32,000 bases of DNA from assembly GCF_000284455.1 (NCBI RefSeq), contig NC_017039.1, positions 1,860,001-1,892,000 on the forward strand. The letters are read 5' to 3'. The stretch is from Synechocystis sp. PCC 6803 substr. PCC-P. GTDB taxonomy: Bacteria > Cyanobacteriota > Cyanobacteriia > Cyanobacteriales > Microcystaceae. The number at the start of each line of letters is the position of its first letter. The stretch's first letter is position 1. Made by a program: the position numbers and the translations under genes. Positions 25,181 to 32,000 of the stretch are shown here, one piece after another. Under the pieces are notes generated by a model, which saw nothing but the letters and a program-made list of their open reading frames with translations, searched no databases and had not been told where the DNA came from.

Positions 25181-25765
25181 GTGTCTTCATCCAATAGTCC
25201 TTCCGAAATGGAGCCCCTAAGCCGTACCCAAATTTTGGGGGTGATGGGATTCACAGCGGTGCTACTGCTGATCATTGCTAAGCTTTGGCAATGGTGGGGG
25301 GATGTCACCCTGTTAAAAATCAGTTTTAATGTTCCAGACGCTTTATTGGGATTGGGTTTAGCAACTGCAATCATTCTGACCAGTGGGTTAATTTATCGGA
25401 TTTGGCCTGCCTATCGGGTCAGTGCCGATGCCTACCTTGCCTTTGTGATTAAACCCCTGGTATGGGCAGATTTGCTCTGGTTAGGACTATTGCCCGGTTT
25501 AAGTGAAGAATTACTGTTTCGGGGAGTGATGCTTTCCGCCTTGGGGGGAGGTGTTTTGGCGGTGGTGGTTTCCAGCCTAGTATTTGGCGTTTTGCACCTC
25601 AGTAGTACGGAGCAATGGCCCTACGTGGTGTGGGCAACGGTGGTGGGGTTAGTGTTGGGCTATGGGGCGATCGCCAGCGGCAATTTAATGGTGCCTATTG
25701 TGGCCCACATTCTCACCAACTGGGTTTCCAGTGCCCTATGGAAATTCAACCACCGTCAAGGGTAA
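25181..25765 (+). CDS. CPBP (CAAX/Abi) family intramembrane glutamic endopeptidase
   Basis: Motifs SEELLFRG, FGVLH and HILTN in a multi-TM protein. It starts 7 nt after the previous gene. An alternative start is ATG 25208. Confidence 0.8.
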   Translation: MSSSNSPSEMEPLSRTQILGVMGFTAVLLLIIAKLWQWWGDVTLLKISFNVPDALLGLGLATAIILTSGLIYRIWPAYRVSADAYLAFVIKPLVWADLLWLGLLPGLSEELLFRGVMLSALGGGVLAVVVSSLVFGVLHLSSTEQWPYVVWATVVGLVLGYGAIASGNLMVPIVAHILTNWVSSALWKFNHRQG

Positions 25766-25919
25766 AAGGGTAATTAGTGAAACTAAATTAGGTTGAGTTT
25801 GATTCCCCTTAGTGCGTTATCTGGAAGAATTTCAACTCGATTAACGTCTCTGTTCGGAGGCTAGCCCCATTGCCCGATCGCCGAAGGATGGGGTTATAAT
25901 GGCAGGGAAGTAACTACCG

Positions 25920-25946
25920 CGTTGGTGACTGCCAACAACGTTTTTT
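25920..25946 (+). terminator. possible intrinsic terminator (GTTGG-N6-CCAAC followed by T6)
   Basis: Short stem GTTGG (25921-25925) paired with CCAAC (25932-25936), followed by TTTTTT (25941-25946). It lies about 155 nt after the CPBP gene stop. Confidence 0.35.
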
Positions 25947-26186
25947 GATCTATGCTTGAAAAATAAGGGTGTCTCTGTGCATTCTGCGTGGTAGTAGACC
26001 GGGCTCGTACCCGGAAACGAAAACGAGAATTGATGACTCCCCCCTGGTTACACCAGGTCATAAACTGAGGTAAAACGGCGTGGTGGTGCTTCTCCTCTGC
26101 TTCTCAGGTTTATCCCTCCCCCCAGAACGGGTTTGAGCTGATTGCTCCCGATTTTTTCCGTCATTCTACATAGTTACCCCAACGCC

Positions 26187-27290
26187 CTAAGCCAGGGATT
26201 CCGGCAGTACTTCTACCTGTTCCTCGGTATCGATTTCTTCGTTCTCAGTTTTTCCAGCCCGCATATCATCAATCACTTTCTTGATCACACTGGCGATCGG
26301 TACGGCTAGCAACACGCCCAGTAAGCCAGCTATTTCCGCCCCAATAAAAATTGAAATTAAAATCCAGACCGGATTTAAACCAATTTTGTCCCCCATTAAT
26401 TTAGGCGCAACACCGTTGTCGGTAATTTGGTCAATGACAATGGCGCTGACAAAAAATTTCACCGCTACAACCCAGCCTTTTAATAACAAAACTAAGGTTC
26501 CAATCAGGGTAACTACAGCTCCAGCAAAAGGAATTAAACTAGCTAACCCCAAACTGAAGGCAAAAAGAATGCTGTAGGGAATGCCCAAGGCCATAAAAAC
26601 CACTAACCTAGCCATACTGGAACCAGCGGCAAGAATTAAACGGCTAATGAAATAATCTCGAAAAATTTCACCGGCATATTGGGGGATTTTTTTCTCCCAG
26701 GGTGAGGGTAACCAACTTAGAATTCCCTGCCAAAAAGTATCTCCTCCCACCAGCAAGAAAATAGTCAAAACCAGAATGACCAGGGTATCTACCACCCCAC
26801 CGATGGTTTCCGTTAATACTTTTAAACTGATTTGTCCGATGCGGTCTAATTCCTTGCTTAAAGTTAGGTAAGCTTTCTGAAATAAATCATCGACATTGAC
26901 CCCCGCATTATCCAAAGTTAAAAACAAAGTAGAGTTTTTCAGGTTGGCTAAATGCTCTTGACTGCCGCTGAGCCAACGGGGAATATCTTGGGAAAGATTG
27001 CCCAATTGATTACCCATTAAGGGAATAAGGGTGATGCCTCCCAAGGCGATGAGGGCAAAGCTGATGGTGATGACAGCAAAAATTGCCAGCCTTTTACCAA
27101 TCCCTTTACTGACCAAAAAATTGATGGTTAATTTGAGCAGGAAAGTCACTAGGGTGGCAATGATGATGTAGTCAAAGAGTTCCCGAAAGCGATTAATAAT
27201 CAAACTCAGCAAAACCCCATTCAGAAAAAAGATGGGAAAAATCAACATTAGCTTCAGCCAACCCGGTAAAGATTTAATTAACTGAGTCAT
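26187..27290 (-). CDS. AI-2E family transporter (PerM/UPF0118 permease)
   Basis: Polytopic membrane protein with a family-typical C-terminal half (IPFAGAVV..., GLLGVLLAVPIASV). ATG 27290 (MTQLIKS) is preferred over TTG 27305. Confidence 0.8.
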   Translation of the reverse strand: MTQLIKSLPGWLKLMLIFPIFFLNGVLLSLIINRFRELFDYIIIATLVTFLLKLTINFLVSKGIGKRLAIFAVITISFALIALGGITLIPLMGNQLGNLSQDIPRWLSGSQEHLANLKNSTLFLTLDNAGVNVDDLFQKAYLTLSKELDRIGQISLKVLTETIGGVVDTLVILVLTIFLLVGGDTFWQGILSWLPSPWEKKIPQYAGEIFRDYFISRLILAAGSSMARLVVFMALGIPYSILFAFSLGLASLIPFAGAVVTLIGTLVLLLKGWVVAVKFFVSAIVIDQITDNGVAPKLMGDKIGLNPVWILISIFIGAEIAGLLGVLLAVPIASVIKKVIDDMRAGKTENEEIDTEEQVEVLPESLA

Positions 27291-27425
27291 TATTAATAGC
27301 CACAAAAGTAGAATAAATGATTAAGTTTATAGTCAGGCTAAAAAAATATTTGTGGAACTTATTTAAGTATACTCAAAGGCTTTGGCAACGTTACAAGAAC
27401 ACCTTTAGATTAATTAAAAAGAAGA

Positions 27426-27806
27426 TCAAATTTCCATTGCCTGATAAGTATAAAACTGCTTCATTACCCCAATGGTTTGAAACTCATAGGTAGGAAAAGG
27501 ATCCGGCAGAGATAATGTGGTTTGGTAAATACTAAACAACAAAAAATTTTGCTGATTAGTAGTTTGGGCGATGATTTGTTTAATTTGTGGTTGTCCTGCA
27601 TCCACCAAGGTTTTGCAATAACTCTGCACGAAGCCGCCAAAATCCGCAGGCGCTTTGGGACAAATCTCGGTTTTTAGATAGGTACTGAGGGTTTCCACTG
27701 CGTAGTCTTCATAGTCAGGCTTGCCCGGATTGCCGATCGCCATCAGAGCACCACTGGCCAATACCATCACCCCTCCGATCGCCCCAAACACCGATAGCAT
27801 TCTCAT
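27426..27806 (-). CDS. small membrane-anchored protein, DUF4359-like
   Basis: 126 aa with an N-terminal TM helix, two Cys, and NFLLFSIYQT...IGVMKQFY. Its start ATG overlaps the stop of the upstream pentapeptide gene (ATGA). Confidence 0.6.
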   Translation of the reverse strand: MRMLSVFGAIGGVMVLASGALMAIGNPGKPDYEDYAVETLSTYLKTEICPKAPADFGGFVQSYCKTLVDAGQPQIKQIIAQTTNQQNFLLFSIYQTTLSLPDPFPTYEFQTIGVMKQFYTYQAMEI

Positions 27807-28768
27807 CAGGGATGTACACTCCCATCGGGCATAATTGTTTTTGCCAAGTTTATGCCGCTAATGTGACTATTTTGAAAATTGACATTACGTAGGTCTGCCC
27901 CCCGTAAACAGGCATCGATTAAATTGGCGCCCCGGAGTATGGCCCCGGCCAATAAAGCTTTTTCCATCAAAGCATACTCAAAATTAGCATTCTGGAAATT
28001 AGCTCCCTGGAAAATAGTGCCCCGCAGGGCGCAACCGGCACAGTTAATCTGCTCCTTGTTGGGGAGAGCTTTAAGATGAATTTCCGATAGATTAATCAAA
28101 CTGAGGTTAACTTCCTTCATCAATGCCCTGCCTAAATTCGCTCCTTTCAAATTAGCTTGACTGAGGTCTGCTCCCTGCAGAAAAGCCTCCTCCACTGTGC
28201 CATGACGTAATTGGGCTTGACTTAGATTCACCTTATACAAATTGGCATGGTCAAAGTTGGCTTTGCGAAAATCGGCCCCACTCAAATCTGCCCGACTGAA
28301 ATTAGCCTCTGCCAGATCAACTCGTGTGAGATCGGCCCCACTCAAATCCGCTCGACTGAAATTAACTGCTTCTAGGATTGCTCCCTGGCAATCGGTTTCC
28401 GCCAAGTTAGCCCCTTCTAAATTTGTCCGTATTAACCGGGCTTGCTTGAGCTTGGCATAGGCCAAATTGGCTCCACTGAGGTCACAATCGGTTAGGTCCG
28501 CCCAACTGAGATCTGAATAGCTTAAATCTATGCCAGTCAGGTCTGACCCGACAAATTTCACTCCCATCAAACGGGCATGGCTTAGGTTAGTACGCCGTAG
28601 CTGGGCTTCAGATAAATTACTGCCGCTGAAGTTGCCATATGCGAGCAGGGCCCGGTTGAGGATAATGCCCACTAGATCGGACTGGATTAAATCGGCATGA
28701 TGTAGTTCAATGCGGCTGAAATCCCTAGTGCCCTGGCCATATTGCCAAAGAAGTTGCTCAGTTTCCAT
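27806..28768 (-). CDS. pentapeptide-repeat protein (about 50 consecutive A(D/N)LxX repeats)
   Basis: The translation is almost entirely pentapeptide repeats (ADLSGADLTRVDLAEANFSRADLSGADF...). Confidence 0.9.
   Translation of the reverse strand: METEQLLWQYGQGTRDFSRIELHHADLIQSDLVGIILNRALLAYGNFSGSNLSEAQLRRTNLSHARLMGVKFVGSDLTGIDLSYSDLSWADLTDCDLSGANLAYAKLKQARLIRTNLEGANLAETDCQGAILEAVNFSRADLSGADLTRVDLAEANFSRADLSGADFRKANFDHANLYKVNLSQAQLRHGTVEEAFLQGADLSQANLKGANLGRALMKEVNLSLINLSEIHLKALPNKEQINCAGCALRGTIFQGANFQNANFEYALMEKALLAGAILRGANLIDACLRGADLRNVNFQNSHISGINLAKTIMPDGSVHP
28271..28364. repeat. intragenic direct repeat: two 34-nt copies, 60 nt apart, 32/34 identical
   Basis: 28271-28304 and 28331-28364 (ATCGGCCCCACTCAAATC[T/C]GC[C/T]CGACTGAAATTA). 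Both encode NFSRADLSGAD on the minus strand. Confidence 0.9.
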
Positions 28769-28899
28769 TGTGTCCTGACGGTGGTGGGAGGGGAGAGCAA
28801 AGCGGTGTGTTCTGACGACCAGACATAAACCAACTCTGTGGGCATTGTGCCCAAAAAAGCTGACTTACCAACACACCCAACGGAAAAAAGCAATAGGTT

Positions 28900-31159
<2,260 letters not shown>

Positions 31160-31240
31160 CTACAAAGTGCGCTTAAATCCCCGCCCATTTTACCGGAGAT
31201 ACCAGCCAATAACTAAACCTAACCTCCAATTGAGTACTGC

Positions 31241-31486
31241 CTAACTTGCTAGCAAGATTGGTTGATCGTGTAAAGCCATTAATTTTTCTCTGGGAACCGC
31301 CAACATGGCATAAGCCTGACCATCTCCGTCGGCAAACTCGACTTCAAAAGCTTCCCCTCCCCCCAGGATCTCAATAATTGTCCCAACTTGTCCCTGACGC
31401 AATAGAATTGGCTGGCTTGTCAGAAAAAGCTTGGCAGTAATATCTTCTTTTAACGCCACAAGACTATGTAGTTGAAGGTTGTCCAT
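31241..31486 (-). CDS. DUF4926-like small protein (putative second component of a two-gene cassette)
   Basis: 81 aa from ATG 31486, with AAGGAA 10 nt upstream. The SH3-like core is QGQVGTIIEILGGGEAFEVEFADGDGQ. The track start at 31528 would overlap the upstream gene. Confidence 0.6.
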   Translation of the reverse strand: MDNLQLHSLVALKEDITAKLFLTSQPILLRQGQVGTIIEILGGGEAFEVEFADGDGQAYAMLAVPREKLMALHDQPILLAS

Positions 31487-31505
31487 AAGTGTAATTTCCT
31501 TGATG

Positions 31506-31853
31506 CTAATTGCGAATGGGATAAACATTGGTTAGTCGAGGATAGGTCTCCCCGGGGCGGATTATCCAAGCACTAAGTACTTTCGCTGTTCCAGTGGTAG
31601 TGGTCATGGGAAAAACAGCCACATAACGTTCTCCGTACTGGTCAGAATCTGTCAATTCAAAATTTTGATAATGAGCGGCTACTTTTCTGAGCCTAGTAAT
31701 AAGAAAGTCTTGGTTATCTATTGTTATACCCAATTTAGCTCGAAAAAGTCTAGCTTTATGTTTGCCATTAGGATGGTTTAGGTTAAGGGAATAGGTCTGT
31801 AGTTTATCAGTTATTTGCTTCACATCAGCTTGGTTTCCGTAGGGCAATTTCAT
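31506..31853 (-). CDS. DUF6883-like small protein (putative first component of a two-gene cassette)
   Basis: 115 aa. KLQTYSLNLNHPNGKHKARLFRAKLGIT resembles the conserved core of that family. Confidence 0.6.
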   Translation of the reverse strand: MKLPYGNQADVKQITDKLQTYSLNLNHPNGKHKARLFRAKLGITIDNQDFLITRLRKVAAHYQNFELTDSDQYGERYVAVFPMTTTTGTAKVLSAWIIRPGETYPRLTNVYPIRN

Positions 31854-31945
31854 AACTTAGATTAAAAATATCCCAGAACTTAATTCAGGATAGATGTTAC
31901 AGCATCGATTAGTATGATCATAGGTTTTTCCTCAGGGGTTTTGCC

Positions 31946-32000
31946 ATGACCGATCGCCTTTCCTATTTGCTTTCCTGGCTCCGACAACGGACGGAATTAG
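31946..32000 (+). CDS. 5' end of an unidentified ORF that runs off the window (MTDRLSYLLSWLRQRTEL...)
   Basis: ATG at 31946 with the frame open to the window end. Only 18 codons are visible. Confidence 0.25.
   Translation, partial: MTDRLSYLLSWLRQRTEL

Noticed and set aside
25950-26186. Possibility that the convergent intergenic region encodes 6S RNA, SRP RNA, tmRNA or RNase P RNA.
   Set aside because: I tried to fold both strands by eye. No long closing stem pairs the 5' and 3' ends (expected for 6S). There is no GGAA-tetraloop or AGGUCAGG-type SRP domain IV motif, and no tRNA-like 3' end. I kept it only as an unclassified sRNA or 3' UTR candidate.
27806-28768. Regularly spaced nucleotide repeats that could superficially resemble a CRISPR array.
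   Set aside because: The periodicity is 15/60 nt within one continuous ORF that encodes pentapeptide repeats. There is no repeat-spacer structure and no cas genes in the window.

Overview
The window looks like a cyanobacterial chromosome, almost certainly Synechocystis sp. PCC 6803 or a very close relative. This rests on 21 perfect copies of the HIP1 octamer GCGATCGC and on a gene order I recall from memory: ggt, tolC-like, pilMNOQ, tilS, thrC, ndhCKJ, an IS630-type element, hik34, leuD, pyrG. I cannot verify that here.

Contents:
- 1-10 kb: a co-directional cell-envelope block on the + strand. It holds the ggt 3' end, a TolC-like outer-membrane factor, a WecB/TagA/CpsF-type glycosyltransferase, a short SLH-domain protein, a small secreted protein, and the type IV pilus genes pilM-pilN-pilO-pilQ.
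- 10-16 kb: two tandem FkbM-family methyltransferases (-), tilS (+), thrC (-) and the ndhC-ndhK-ndhJ operon (+).
- 16.1-20.9 kb: the only clearly accessory or atypical stretch. It holds a 968-bp IS630/Tc1-family element with a split transposase, an AT-rich PAS-GGDEF gene, a CRP/FNR-family regulator, and a 1.2-kb ORF-poor spacer that runs up to the orphan histidine kinase hik34.
- 22-32 kb: a beta-lactamase-fold serine hydrolase, a small protein with DUF3326 and a CPBP protease, an AI-2E transporter, a translationally coupled pentapeptide-repeat/DUF4359 pair, leuD, pyrG, and a DUF6883/DUF4926 two-gene cassette.

I found no rRNA, tRNA, CRISPR array, cas, integrase or reverse-transcriptase gene.

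Nothing here can be shown from sequence alone to be a new system. The best candidates for follow-up are:
- the 1.2-kb non-coding spacer with recurring motifs, a 16-bp perfect palindrome and a well-SD'd 17-codon ORF;
- the GGDEF plus CRP-like pair;
- the DUF6883/DUF4926 cassette;
- the TagA-like/SLH-only pair next to tolC and pilMNOQ.

Several ORF-track starts are upstream TTG or GTG codons. I trimmed them where an ATG or GTG with a Shine-Dalgarno sequence or a signal peptide fits better.
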